From NCBI GenBank assembly GCA_903813345.2, contig CAIIXF020000001.1, positions 20,026,001 to 20,090,000 of the forward strand: 64,000 nt of DNA, in the 5' to 3' direction. This DNA is from Owenia fusiformis. Lineage: Eukaryota. Below the pieces are notes generated by a model. The model made no database searches and had not been told where the DNA came from. It worked only from the letters and a program-made list of their open reading frames with translations. A program made the translations under genes and the position numbers. How positions within the stretch are numbered: the stretch's first letter is position 1; every line of letters starts with the position of its first letter. Positions 26,701 to 40,000 of the stretch are shown one piece after another.

Positions 26701-28517
26701 CTCCAACTGCATTACTAATATGATGTCACAACAATACATAAAAAGTCATTTTAGGAAATTGAACTGTGAATCTGAAAGTAATCAATTTAACACACAACAG
26801 CTTAATGAACAAATATCAGTATGCATCTTTGAGAGATCATTTAATTTATCAACCATGTAATCCTTTTCTAAACCAATTATCCAAGACATGTTGATTAATT
26901 TTACTGGAATTAATATGAAGGTTGACTCCCTTAATTCCAAGTAAATTGATATGTAGGCAAAGACCTTTGGACAATTTGATGGCAACTCCACAGAGTAGCA
27001 AATTCCAATGTACAAACAATGATTCCCTGAATCTAGACCATCTAAAAAAACTATAAGTTTGATTCGATTTATAGGTGTAAAAAATAGCAGGAATATAAAA
27101 ATATCATATTTGAACTATTGAATACATTTCATAGTATCGCATCGAGACGATTTCTTGCATTTTGGACAGTTATTCTGAATTTCATGGGGTCTGAATATGA
27201 GTCTTTGGAAACAATTTAGAGATTTCAAAATTAGTAAAAATTCCCACATTTTTTCCCAATTGACGTCTTCTGGTTTGCTGTTTCGACCACATGCCATTCC
27301 CTTCTATACTACTAAATTTCTTCTTCTCAATGTTGGACAGATGGATGGAGGGCATCACTAAATCCCTTGAGAACTCAATGGGATCATTTCAAAAATGTCA
27401 GTAAATTCTATGCTAGACATCAATGTACAAACTTTTTGTACCAGGAAATGTTTTCATGAAGATAATGGTTTCAAAAGAATAATTTTGGCCTTTTAATACA
27501 ACCTGAACTAAACAAAAAAAATGATACATGATCTGATCTGATTCAGCAATTCCTTTGAAACACCATTTTGCAACATAATAGGTTTCAGCTTTTAAATAAA
27601 GGATTTAAGCCCAAGACTCAATGCATTGTTTCCTGATTCATATCATGAAGGTGTTGTTTCCAAACCTTAGCATGACCGCGCAGCAGGAATGCAAAGTTTA
27701 GGAAACAATGCCTGAGTGGAATGAAGCAGCTACAATGAGTCTTGGGCTCAAATTCTTTTCACACATTGCATTTTTTCTATAAAATCACTAAATGAACACA
27801 TTTTCAATGAAATTGTTTGCAAGGGTCAAGTTGGCAAGCCATCAAATCCAATGTGAATGAAAAATCCATTCATCACCATGACAACTGTTTAACTAGAGAC
27901 CTTGCATGTGTTATTGATATTTCACACACTGTTCATTATGTGAATACTCTGTTCGGATGAATCAGATACACCTTGCCTAGCTATGCGTGAATACAATATA
28001 ACCGTACCTAGTCCAACTAACCATAATGCATAGTAATGAACAGATCTATTACACATCAAATGAATCTGAAAGTAAGGCAATAAGCAACTATCCGTATATA
28101 AATTTTATCTATTCTGCAAGCTATATCCATGATGTATTATTTTATATTGACTCAGCTAAAAGCTTGAACATGTTTCATTCATTCATGTTTCCATTAGCAT
28201 TCCACTTCCAGCAAACCAGAAATCATCAGTTATCAAAATACCAGCTTCAAAGAAAAATGTTGCCTACCTCTGGTCAACGCATGGATCCCCATTTTAACTT
28301 GGGAAAAGTTGCCTGTGCCCAGTTGACCTCGTATTCGATAAAAAGCAATTCGCTTTCCAAGAGTTATTTCCTTCAGACATTTTTGGTCATTTGACAAATC
28401 TCGAGAAAGTTTTTCAAAAGCTGTCAATCGTTTTTCAGGTGGTTTATTTTCATCATTCTCCGAGTATGTGGAGTTAAAATCCGACATTGCCGACACTCTG
28501 CTCTGACGTGCCGACAT
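20769..28517 (-). CDS. NIM1K: Serine/threonine kinase NIM1 (AMPK-related), 3 coding exons, ~421 aa
   Basis: Exons 28517-28268, 26058-25790, 21515-20769 (GT-AG, phases 1 and 0). [78 protein letters not shown] and a C-terminal CTIL CaaX. Confidence 0.95.
21558..21905 (+). mobile_element. Decayed copy of the 162-bp-repeat HINE family in a NIM1K intron
   Basis: AACAAGA start and 1-2 degenerate units (AAAATCCAAA..GGCTGCCTT..CCCAGAATGCCAAAAAACTAATCAG; CAAGATTTTAGGACAGAAAAT) matching the array at 53.2-54.9 kb. Confidence 0.7.
22232..22820. mobile_element. Foldback-type MITE with ~250-bp imperfect inverted arms
   Basis: For example GTGACCTTTGAA..AATTAAGTCGATCC..CTTACTTTTGGTCTCTAA (22307-22358) mirrors TTAGAGACCAAAAGTAAG..GGATCGACTTAATT..TTCAAAGGTCAC (22690-22741). 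Confidence 0.85.
26148..26384. mobile_element. Tc1/mariner-type MITE, TA TSD
   Basis: TA|CAGTTGGGGACAAAAATAAATGACAGGT ... ACCTGTCATTTATTTATGTCCCCAACTG|TA. Confidence 0.85.
27603..27995. mobile_element. Hairpin-plus-IR non-autonomous element (decayed)
   Basis: ATTTAAGCCCAAGACTCA (27603-27620) pairs with TGAGTCTTGGGCTCAAAT (27736-27753); weaker second IR at 27756-27769/27980-27993. Confidence 0.55.
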
Positions 28518-28957
28518 GTTTCGCTTTGAGTTATCACAACCTTACTGCTATTGCTGTATTGCACCAAGCTTCCAACATCATACAAGACATTGATTCTTGT
28601 GTTGCTACATCATTTCATTTTCTTCTGCCTTGCAAAGCCAGCTCTCCAGTTCAACATCTTACCTATAATTAAAAAGTATACTGACTTAAAATAATAAGCT
28701 GATGTTCTGATATACATAATCAATTCAGACATCAATAGACCTATCAATTACAAGATGGATGTGTCATTTGATATGATATGAATGAACATCATAACTCTGA
28801 TAACCTCCCATAATTGATCTCATACATTATTATAGCAACTTGAGAAAAACAACATTTGCAAGTGTAAGTGAAATGTTTTAAGCTTTAAGACCCTTGGTCA
28901 TCTCTCTGGAGAAAATACACAGACAACTCATTCACTGAATGAAACAAACTACCATAC

Positions 28958-29130
28958 CAGGGGTTTCATTAGCAGCAGGCAACAGGCAATTTTCACTGCT
29001 TGTTTTCAAAAAATTGCCTGTTGTTTTTAGGGACTTTTCGACTTTCCATGTTAAATTCATGATTTCCATTAATTTTGCCTTTGGTTTTCATTTATTTAGC
29101 CTGTTGTGAGAAATTCTCGTGAAACCTCTG
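28958..29130. mobile_element. MITE with CAG termini and 5-bp TSD (hAT5-like)
   Basis: CAGGGGTTTCA ... TGAAACCTCTG, flanked by CATAC on both sides. Confidence 0.7.
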
Positions 29131-31525
29131 CATACCCAGGCTGGTACTCAGGATGAGAAATGATTATTGTCATCATTTTACATTTGTAAAATTTTGTAAT
29201 TAACTTAAAAGTGTGTTTATAGCCTCTAACGACATGGTGGCTCGTATGGTTGATGTAAAATCAAATTGTAATAAAGTAATAAAGTAACATTGTCATGATT
29301 ATTAACTTATTAGTGTATTATGCTTATGGCGCTGTCACATTTCGTGTCGGCTTTCCTCTCACCATCTAGTGTGACAGCTACTTTACAAAATGGGAATGAT
29401 ACAAATAAATTCAAACCAATAATGAGAAATAGACTTGACCTTCCATGTATTCTATAGCAATATATTCATAAATACAGCTGTAGATTGATTTTATATTTAA
29501 AGTAAATTAGGTAATAAATAGAAACAGTGCCTTATCAGTCTGGAAAATAAGGATTTTTTCACTCTAGCCTATGTCCATTGTCCACAGATATTGAAAACAC
29601 TCTGGCCAAAATATTGTCTGTCAGGCCATATTTACAACCAGTCACAATGAATTTTAATTCAATTTCTATTTATTAAAAAATGAAAATTTTGATGTCCACT
29701 TTTTCTGCATGAAATCCTTAAGATACATGTTTATGAGTAGTAGTTGTGTACTACTAAAAATGATTCTTGTTTACTCATGCAATGATTATTAATGATCTTA
29801 TAATTATATCAGAAGTGCAGAAATGGATAGACGAACAAACAGTGGCTTCTCTATATCCCTACAAACTTCATTCGGTAGGATAATTATTGGCCACAATGAA
29901 AAACTTGAAGAACATCTTAAACCTATATTTCAAGAAATTTAACTGAGTATTTGGAAATTGCTTTTCAAGTGCCATTATGTTGACTGAAATTCGAATTTAA
30001 AATACTAGTACTGTAATTAAGAAAATACGGACAAGTGACATAAATTCATCTGCACATGGTCTAATATAGGCATGATTCGTCCCTTGCAAACACTTTATAC
30101 TTATGATCTGTAAAGCAAACCAAAGAAATTGTAATTATATAATTGATTATTTGCTATCGTTATATCTCTATGGTGAGATGTAAATATGAACTAATCACTT
30201 CTCTCTACTTCTCTATAGAATATCTCTAAATGTTTGAATTAATTATTTACATATAAGTATGATACCTTGAAACTTTGTAATCAGAAAAATAAATATACAA
30301 GTATATGACTCTAATCAATAAATGATGCTGGCCTTTCATAAATTTTAGGCATTAGTTGGATGTTTCGTAGTAATATTATCTGTACAAAATTAATAACTCG
30401 TCCAGAAAATAAAGAGGTCTATGCTCTACTTGCACCTTACGAGGCAAGCAATCTTTCAAAATTCATTTTCAGAAAAGAAGGCTTGTTTCAAAGTGTATTG
30501 ATCGAGCAAATTTTATGTCATTTTGAGAAAATAATTTTAACATCAGAGTTAGGCACTGAGCCCTTTTATTACATGCATGTATTAGACATCAATTTAGTCT
30601 AGATAATTAGCAAAATCCCATAAGGGTTAAATATATTTTATTTATTTACATTTCATAGTGAGTTTGAAGGCTAGACATTATTAAACAAAACCTATTCTGA
30701 TACTCATTACATTTTTTTGTTTCACTATTAATATGCTCTGAATGAAGACCGCATTTAAAAACTAATACTGTACAAAGCGTACCTAAATAGCGGGGCTGCC
30801 CCGCCCCTAGCGACTTTGACTATTGGAGTTTTAATAGTATCACTTAGGGCGGGCGGGGTTTGTCCCATATTAGAATTCATGAACTTGAGAAAAAATTTAA
30901 ATTTTGAAACCAGCGCTATTTTGGAGTTGAATTATTTTGATCCCCAGTTGTTAATTATATGCAATATGCTTTGTCCCAATATGAACCTGTACATGGAAAA
31001 GAACCGGGGTAGTTCCTCACACTGTCATGGTTCGTTCAGTGAATAACTTGAAAAGTTTGAAGATCGCTTGTAGAAATCAATACAATAATTTGATGGAAAT
31101 GTTATTATTACCCCAGCAAATGAACCATTTTGACGCCAAGGAGCGTCGCAATGTAGAGGTGTAAGAATTTCTTAGATTAAGGTAAGAAGCTGCGAGAAAA
31201 AGCAAAAACGTTATATGTCTTTACAATGGAACAGATCCACAAGAACTCATGTATTTGAACGCATGGAAACTTTAAAAAGTGGGCAATGTCATAAGTATTG
31301 TGATAACAACGTCCCATATACCTATTTATTACAGGTCGTGCTATTTATAGCAAAAACATTGACTTTTGCACGTTGGTGATGATGCGCCTTTTTTAATAGA
31401 TCTTATATCTTAGAAGGGTATCAGTTCAAAAAAAATACTAGAAGACCTAACATGTTTTGCCATGCACTGCACCTATTCATTTGGCAATTCAGTTGTAAAT
31501 TTTCTCTTGAAAAAATAAATCTTCC

Positions 31526-32172
31526 AAAGGTCCATGTGCAGTATAGCAAGTGATTTTAGACAGTCATATCTTTCACCATGAGTATTTTCTGGGTATAAAT
31601 ACAGTGTTTTTATTAAAACAATATGTTTTCTTTAAAGCAATGTCCCCATGATAGTAGAATATCAATCCCACTCTCTGAAAAATTATGGATTAGGACCCCA
31701 CCTTGTCACTTTTTTAAAAATGCAAGGCTTATTTTCTAAAAAGAGGATCTTCATTTTCTCAGTTCAAATGTCTCAAAAGTTTCTTTTACACTATATTAAT
31801 GGCATGATAACTTTTGAAAAGGGGATGGGTATTGAAATGCGATAAAGTTAAAAAACACATTTCCCATGTTATTTTCCCATAGGGAAAACTCATGCTATCC
31901 ATTGTTTTCAGCATGATTTTGGTCATCGAAAATTGATATCTTCAAAACTAGACTTTCAATACCATTCTACTTTTGAAGATGTTTTAGACCCCTTGGTGAA
32001 TAATGTTTTCATATTTTTCGAATTGTTCGATTGATATTTAAATGATCATGGAAACTTCACTTGAAAGAAAACATATTGTTTTCATAAAAACCACTGTATT
32101 TATGCCCCGTAAGAACTCATGGTGAGAGATATGACCGTCTAAAATCACTTGCCATACTGCACATGGACCTTT
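31526..32172. mobile_element. MITE with ~110-bp TIRs
   Basis: CAAAGGTCCATGTGCAGTATAGCAAGTGATTTTAGAC... mirrors ...GTCTAAAATCACTTGCCATACTGCACATGGACCTTTG. Confidence 0.85.
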
Positions 32173-33209
32173 GTTAAGTTTTCTTGCAGAAATCGCCTAC
32201 TTCCCCCTTCCATCCATTTTGTACGATCACCGGGCGTGTTTATAGGAACCAAGGCTTACACAACATATTGACAAATTAACAAGAATCTTGCTGGCATCTA
32301 GGCTATGCTTCCCGTTCTTACTTCAAAGGCCCAAACGATGGAAATAAATAGGCCTAGGCCTACAGTACAAGGTCCTTACTTAGTTTGCACAAAGCTAACT
32401 GAGAGATCTAAATTAATCTAGTCAATCTAAATGATGGCTATGTGCAAATATAGTAAACAAGGCCCTAAACTTACTGCTTACTTTGGAAAAATTGAAAATA
32501 TTCGATGGATTTGTTTTTTGTTTGATTCGACAGGGCACGGTTAGCACAATTGAGGAAATCAGAATGATTCAATCAATAAAAATAATATTTATGCCCATTT
32601 CTGTGGAAACCATATGTCGCTGAAAGATACAGAAAAAACTAAGAAGCGAAAAATAAATAGGAACATTTTTACTTACCGACCAAACATTCAATATGGCGAT
32701 GACCTATATTGGGATCCGTCCTCAAAAGAGAGAATTATTGAAGTTTACGTTTAAACAGATAAAAGGTCCATTAAATCAGAATTATATGCAAATTACAACG
32801 TTTTGATAAACTTTAAACTTTGCAATACAGGTATATTATTTGAAAAGTTCACACAAAACCATATTTATGATAATTTATCAGGATGCAGTGAAAAGAATAT
32901 TCTCCCGCTAAGCATGATCAATTTGACGTCAGTCTAGGCAACGTAAAGGGTCGTATGTAGGAAAAATCTGGCAAAAATGTTCAAACATATCCAAGAGTTA
33001 TACCTTTATACCTTTAATTATACCAATAGTTCTGGAAGAAGGATGTCATTTTTTAGATCTTTAAGCTCACAGATATTGGCCAGATCGTTTTGTAGTAGGA
33101 TCTCATAGGCTCAAAGAATATCTATTGCGCTACTGATTCCACTTCAAAATAATCTGGCCTGGATCTATGTTTAGGCTTGGCTAATTTTACTAAAGAGTTA
33201 CTAAAATAT

Positions 33210-33482
33210 ATCAAAAATCATTTTCTCTTCATTCTATGACCTCTATGAAATTCTAGTAAACTTCCAACTTGGATTCAGGTCAAAGCACTCATGTGAAACC
33301 CAACTTGTAAATACAATAGAGAATATAGCTCGAGCCCTCGACAACAATAAACAAACAGACATGTTGGTATCAGACTTTTCCAAAGCGTTTGACGCGGTGA
33401 CTCATGAACGCCTTGATCAAACTTGACTATTATGGAATTCGCAATGATAACTTTAACTGGTTCAGATCCTGGCTTGTGGGAA
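33210..33482 (+). mobile_element. Degenerate CR1/L2-like LINE reverse-transcriptase fragment
   Basis: Translates FQLGFRSKHSCETQL...DMLVSDFSKAFDAVTHERL (early RT motifs), then frameshifts. Confidence 0.85.
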
Positions 33483-33676
33483 GCATGGACTTCTCAGTGA
33501 TTAGAAGTCCATGTGGGAAGATCACAACAGGTAGTGTGTAATATGGGATATTTTTATGTGTTTTTAGGTATAGAGTATAGTAGATTATTCTTCCCAGTGG
33601 CCTTATACTAACGCTTGTGGTGGTGGTTTGTTTTACAGAATATAACAGCAACACCTTGAGATACACAACAAATTGC

Positions 33677-33923
33677 ACGATTTATAGCATGTGATCAGTG
33701 TTGCTTGTAGATGTAGTTTTGTAACATTAACTGATTTGCCTAGTGTAACAATCAAAGTGTGTATTAACAGTGTCCAGTATTCACAAGTGAACTCAAGACC
33801 CGAATGAGTATTGGCAATTTATAGAAAGATATCGTCACGATTTATAGCATGTGATCAGCGTTGCTTGTAGGTGCAGTTTTGTAACATTAACTGAGTTGAC
33901 TAGTGCAACAATAAAAGTGTGTA
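33677..33923. repeat. Direct duplication of ~87 bp at 159-bp spacing
   Basis: CACGATTTATAGCATGTGATCAG(T/C)GTTGCTTGTAG...AAAGTGTGTA at 33677 and 33836. Confidence 0.85.
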
Positions 33924-34538
33924 CATTTATTAAAACCCTTCAAATCTGATTTTCAAAGAATGTATTTGGAGAAACAATAACAGGTAAGTGGAACAAATTA
34001 GAAGATGGTTTCAAGTTATTACAGAAGTTAATTTGAAACTCACACACTTCACACACCACCACTGACACTGGTCGTGAACGCGTCTTCAAAGAAATAGTTC
34101 CATAGAAAGTGAATTATAACACGTATGTCCCTTTAAGTAGGAAGTAGAATTTGCGCATGCGCATTACCCTCCGGAAGTAGTTTTTGTTATTTTTAAAAAT
34201 ATTTCCAAAGTTACACGGAATCGTCTACTTTTTACCAGTTTGTCAGTACATATCACAAATAAATACGTAACAGGTAAACATTACAACGCATTTATGGATT
34301 GATGGGCAAACTGACATTCCATATATAGTCTACCTGAAACATATTTCAGAGATTGTTTCACTAAATTTCAATTTCAACATCAGGCTTTCAACTTCAAGAC
34401 AAGAGAAAGCCCATGATTTCATGAAATAAATGCAAGTTTGGTTCATGTTCATAATAACACAATTGTGATCCCTGCCTCTGACATAAGGAGCTTTTCATTT
34501 AGGTCACAGACATCAAGTAAGTTTCTGGCGTGGTATAT

Positions 34539-34772
34539 TGATCCCGTGCCAGGACTATAGTCCTCCTGTGAACGTCTTATTTTTTTGTCTGTACGATTAC
34601 AACATGGGAGAATTTTCTACGCTTACACTTACACTTACACTTAAGATACCTACTTCAAAAGATTCCTTGGTGTTTAAGCATTCTTTTCGTGTAGTTGAAA
34701 ATTCTCCCATGTTGTAATCGTACAGGCAAAAGAATAAGACGTTCACAGGACTTTAGTCCTGACACGGGATAA
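34539..34772. mobile_element. MITE with ~80-bp TIRs and 8-bp TSD
   Basis: ATCCCGTGCCAGGACTA...GGGAGAATTTTC mirrors GAAAATTCTCCC...TAGTCCTGACACGGGAT; TGGTATAT duplicated at 34531-34538 and 34773-34780; internal (CTTACA)n. Confidence 0.85.
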
Positions 34773-37029
34773 TGGTATATCACTTTTATCAATTAGCAAT
34801 AACATTTTGATAATAGCGATATTATTACTAATAGCAATATTCTCTGATATTAGATATATCTGCTAAATTGTGCTTTGTTGGTTTTACATAACTCCAGACC
34901 AATAATTTTGATAGTTGATAATATCAATATTATTGCTGTTAATACATTACCTGATCTTATCCACTAACAATTTCAGGTATGACCTGTTGCCTGAAACAAC
35001 TTTCAGGTATGACCTGTTGCCTGAAACAACCAAAATGAATTATCATTAACAGATAGCCAGATAAAATCAATATTATATTGTTGTTTATGGTAATATATTT
35101 GATAATATCAATATGAATATTAATGCTAATGCTAATTTCATGTATGCCCTCTTTAGGGTGTCCAAAAACAGACATTTTGTATGTTTACTTATCAAATTAG
35201 GCCATAAGAATTAGATTCTTTGTTTTGCGTCCTGGCAAAATCCAAATCATGCAAGGGTACAAGGAAAACAAACACAAACTCAAGAAAAAACACAAACTTG
35301 TTTGCTGAGAAATGTATACATTTTATTGGCATAAAAAGGGATGACATATCAATATGTAGTGATTACAAACACATATCTATACATGTTTACAATATAAAAA
35401 CATAGGTATTATTCAAGGGTAAAAAATAAGAAAATGCTCAATGTATACCAACGTAATCAATGACACTGTCAATTTTGATGCACATCAAATTAGTCTATCC
35501 GCCATTTCATCTGATTCTGATTGAACGGAATGTGATGGTACTTTCAGACCCTTGTGATTGCTATTTGGATGTGTTTGTTTTTTCTGATTTACTCAAAATC
35601 GTGCAAGCAAGGGGACGCAAAACAAAGAATCTACTTCTTATGGCCTTATTGAATCTTTAGAGGCTTAAAATTCACCTGTCCTAAATAGAAAAATGTAAAT
35701 ATCTCCATGTGTTGAGAATGTTAACATTACATATATACAGTAGAGCATGCATAGAGTGTTGTCATGACATGCCACAATTGGATATGATAGTCAAACTCAT
35801 CTCTCATGGGCTTGAACTTTTTTTCTTATAGACTATGCTATTCTCTTTTTTATGTTGTAGGTTGCTGGTGAGTAGAGGGTCAATACCTTCAACCAGCTAG
35901 TTTAGACTGATCAGAATGTATGAGTGAAGAATGTAACAGAGGTACTAGTGTATGCTGCTAAGTTCTAATAACTACAGGAACAGCCGACATATTGACTCAC
36001 TGAACCTGGCACCAGATCATCTACAATCATGTAACAAGGTTTTACAACATATGAATATGTGAATAAGAATGCGTCCCATGTCTATTCTGATTGATTGCAA
36101 ATGGCTACTTACATATACAAATAAAATATCATATTACCCCAGAGACATGCAAATAAAGTTGATTTTTATGTCGCCACAAGAAGTGGTGATCAAGAACTCA
36201 TGATCATTTTTTGAGGGAGATATAAGGCATGGGTGATTTTTTTCAAATTTGGTGCACTTTTTAAACAAGTATTGAGAAATAACTGACATAAATTTCAGGC
36301 ACATATCTTTCATATTTCCGAATTTATTATCATTTGAATTCTACATTGCCACAAACCGCGGAGTTGTCATAGAATTTTATTTCACATTTTGTAAATTTTT
36401 ACACAAATTCTCAACTATAAAAATAATGTTTTTCTCGAAATATTACAGTATTTTGGAACATAAGTTAATGGTAGAGCACCTGACATGTAATTGTCGTAAT
36501 AAGACCAATATGCAAAATCATATTGCCAAGCAAATGGGGACATTTCTTTCAGTCCCTCAGGAACATGTAATATGATTCTTCAGAAAACGTAATATACAAT
36601 CCATTGATCTATGGGGTCTCTATCAAAATTTACATATCATTTTGATCAGAGTGCTTTATAAATATGGGGAAAATGCTCAACTAATCTAATACAAACACAC
36701 TTCTTTTATAGTTGAGAATTTGAGTAAATTGACAAAATGTGACATAAACTGTTGTATTTCTCTGACAACTCCGGGGTTTGTGACGATGTGGACTGTTTTT
36801 GGCATTTGATGGTTGGTATGGTTTGGCAGTTGGTGTTCGCCATTTGTAACAAATGGTAGGTTGTGACATTTTGCATTTTAATGCCTTGTATGCTTTTAGT
36901 GTCGACTTAAACTTCATTGAATGATTAGATTTCAGAGCTAAAATAGGATAAACACTGCTTAAAAGTTAAAAGCATTTATTGACAAACTGCATAATGTCTT
37001 TATACACATTTTTATTTCAGTAATTGAAA

Positions 37030-40000
37030 ATGTATTCCCGTGCCCATCTTTTGATAAAACGAGACTTTGAGAGGTTCACCCAGGATCCACCATGGGTAAG
37101 ATCATAGATGTAATACTAGTTTACCCAACCCAATATTTAGCCATTATGTCCCTATCATTGAATATATGCCTGAGGTCTGACATCAATATAGTCCATAGTC
37201 CGAGCTTGCGAGGGTTATATTGACGACAGACCGTAGGCATACAGTATATTCAATGATACTGACATAATTGTTGTATTACATACCTAAAGTAGATTTACAT
37301 AACATTTCATAAAGATAATGTGTAGAATTGCATGAAAAAAGACCAAAATTTTACACATTTCCAGTCGAAATCCCTTTGTTTACATGTTATGAGGTCATAA
37401 AGTTGTCATGGTAAAAAAGTTTGGTGGCTATACAGGAATATATGCTACAGCTCAAGTTGAGGAATGTTAGAATATTGATGAAATGAGCAAGGTACACAGT
37501 AATGAAAAATATAACGATTAATCATGTTTAAGAACACATCATTTCAATGTTTTAGGGTATAGAAGCTCAGCCACTCGCAGATGATAACATATTTGAATGG
37601 TCAGCAAAGATACAGGGCATGAGAGAAACAATCTGGGAAGGTATTATATACAAGTTAAAGACAAATTCTGATTTCATATAACAGTGTAATTGGACTACAT
37701 GTAATTATTAATTGTTTGTAGTGGATTGAATAATATGATGTTACATGTTCCATCCTGAGACTTCTTGGGATATTACATGAATATATTAAATTTGCAGTGC
37801 ATAAATCCTAGATATAGTATAATTACAGTTTCAAAATAGTTTATGATCAAAAAGATATGAAGGGAATACCACCTTAAAGATATATGTTCAGATATCCTTC
37901 ATGACATGTGACCCAGTTTTGACCAATCATACAATTGCAAGCTTGACAGTGGTATAATAATATTCTTTATTTCTTAGGTGGTTTGTTTCAAGTTTACATC
38001 AAGTTTAATGAACACTACAACTCTACACCCCCCGAAGTGTGTTTCCACACCATACCATTCCATCCTAACAGTAAGGTTATACATATATTTGTACCTGTAC
38101 AGGTGCATGCTGTACTTAAGTGTGGATGTACTACTTGGAAAAAGTAAAAAAGTCACTTATTTTTTACATAATGTACAGTGTAATCAAAACATATTGTGCA
38201 GTACTAGTCTTGGTTTATGACCCTAGACCCCGAATCCATGATGTATTCAATGCAATCATAATATGCAGAGCAGTTAATACATATTTTCTTGTTTTAGTTG
38301 ATAGTATCACTGGAAGACCATGTATAAACTTCTTAGATGACCCAACATTGTGGAAGGAAACCTACAGTTTTGGATTTGTCCTTCTTTCAATCCAGGTAGG
38401 AATACATGTAGAAAGAAGTTGGGTGGTTACTGCTTAAAAATCTTGCAAGAGCAACTTGAAACCAAATCTTCTTTCATGTAAAAGCACATTTTAAAATGAC
38501 ATTGGGTTAAGTTTACTTATTTATAATGTAATTATATTATAATTTCAGCAACATTTACAATGTTCAACATTAAAGAATGAAGTCTACAGTATTATCATAT
38601 TGAATTCCTTAGTTAAATTGTTATTACAGGTTTGCAATTATGTTTGACAAACTACATTCATTGAATCAGCTTAAAACTCCTGGATGGGACTTTGTTTTTT
38701 CTGGACAAATTGTTTCCTTTTTTGAAATACCTCCAATGTAAAGGTTTTTATTGGATTTTAGAAAAATCATGTCATACTTTACACGGTACTTGAGATAGTT
38801 AACTGCCCTTCAAATTAAGAAAAAAAATGTACTATGAATAATGAATATCCAAATATTTCCTTTGCTTGTTACCTCCAAGACAAGAAGTGGTGACATGTTA
38901 TTATATCCACTATTCTTTGACCAGTTTTCAGCGTGTTTAACAAATGGTTGCACATGTAGTTTAAAACAAGTTGAAGATATATTATCATGTTAATGGATTG
39001 TTTACATTTATGCAGAATCTGCTGTCAAATCCAGTCTTGGATGATGCCATTAATCCCGATGCTGCTGCCATGTTGGTCAATTCATACCACAGTTACAAGC
39101 AAATGGCACAAGACTGTGTCCTAGCAAGTAGACGCTTTGAAGGTACATAGAATTATGTCACATCTTAATTTTGCTTACAGTGTACTGTGTCAATAATAGC
39201 TTGATATTTTGTGTGTAAACTTTATTTTCAATGAATCCTTTGAAACACTTTTCCATCCCAGTATCTTTCATTATTGTTATTAAGGTATTTTAATATTACT
39301 TTCCATGTAAATTCAATTGGCAAATAGGATTTTACTTCGGAGTTCAAATTGGTCATAATCAAAATATTTTTATTTATGATTTAATGTTCTAAAGTTACGC
39401 CTTTGATAAATTAAAAATATAAATAAATTAAAAATGTTCAAAGTAAATGAATGAATACACAACATACCAAGCACTCATAAACTACAATTTATCTGTAAAA
39501 AGCAAGTGTTGATGTTATTTTTTACAATAGCTGGACTAAGCCTCGAGTCCACTGTTCTGGATGACAAGATTCGCTTTGGGGTACCAGAGAAGCCCCCTAC
39601 CCCTGAGGCACCCCCTAAGGTTACACCAAAAAAGATCAAGAAGATGTCTTTCGAAGATTACCACAAAGGTTGGAGTGGTATAGCTACTTCCAAAACACAC
39701 CCTGATACAGTGAATCCATGTAAGACTCGATGTTTGAAGATTTCTTTGAAAAAGTGAATTGAAATGGTATTGAGCCCTTTGTAAATCACAGTAAATACTG
39801 TATATATCCAAACACCTCTTTAGTCTGAACTCATTTACTCTGTATTCTCCCATTGATTACCATGTTAAAAACTTGAAATGTGACCACCTGCTATTATCCT
39901 CTTTTGGCCAGTCCCAGTAGCATTTGAAGATTTTACTGTACTTCCATATTTTATACCATAATAGTATGTGCGTTATCTATTGTAGTACTAGAGATGCTGC

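Larger units (their letters stand above)
32671..34280. promoter_or_regulatory. Putative divergent promoter region between NIM1K (-) and UBE2U-like (+)
   Basis: Minus-strand donor G|GTAAGT at 32677/32676; CRE TGACGTCA 32924-32931; NRF1 palindrome TGCGCATGCGCA 34152-34163; ETS CCGGAAGT 34171-34178; plus-strand donors CAG|GTAAGT (33983) and CAG|GTAAAC (34273). Confidence 0.5.

Noticed and set aside
35861..35867. 7-nt microexon (TAG|GTTGCTG|GTGAGT) upstream of the UBE2U start
   Set aside because: Splice-like signals are present, but it would be non-coding and cannot be distinguished from chance without transcript data.
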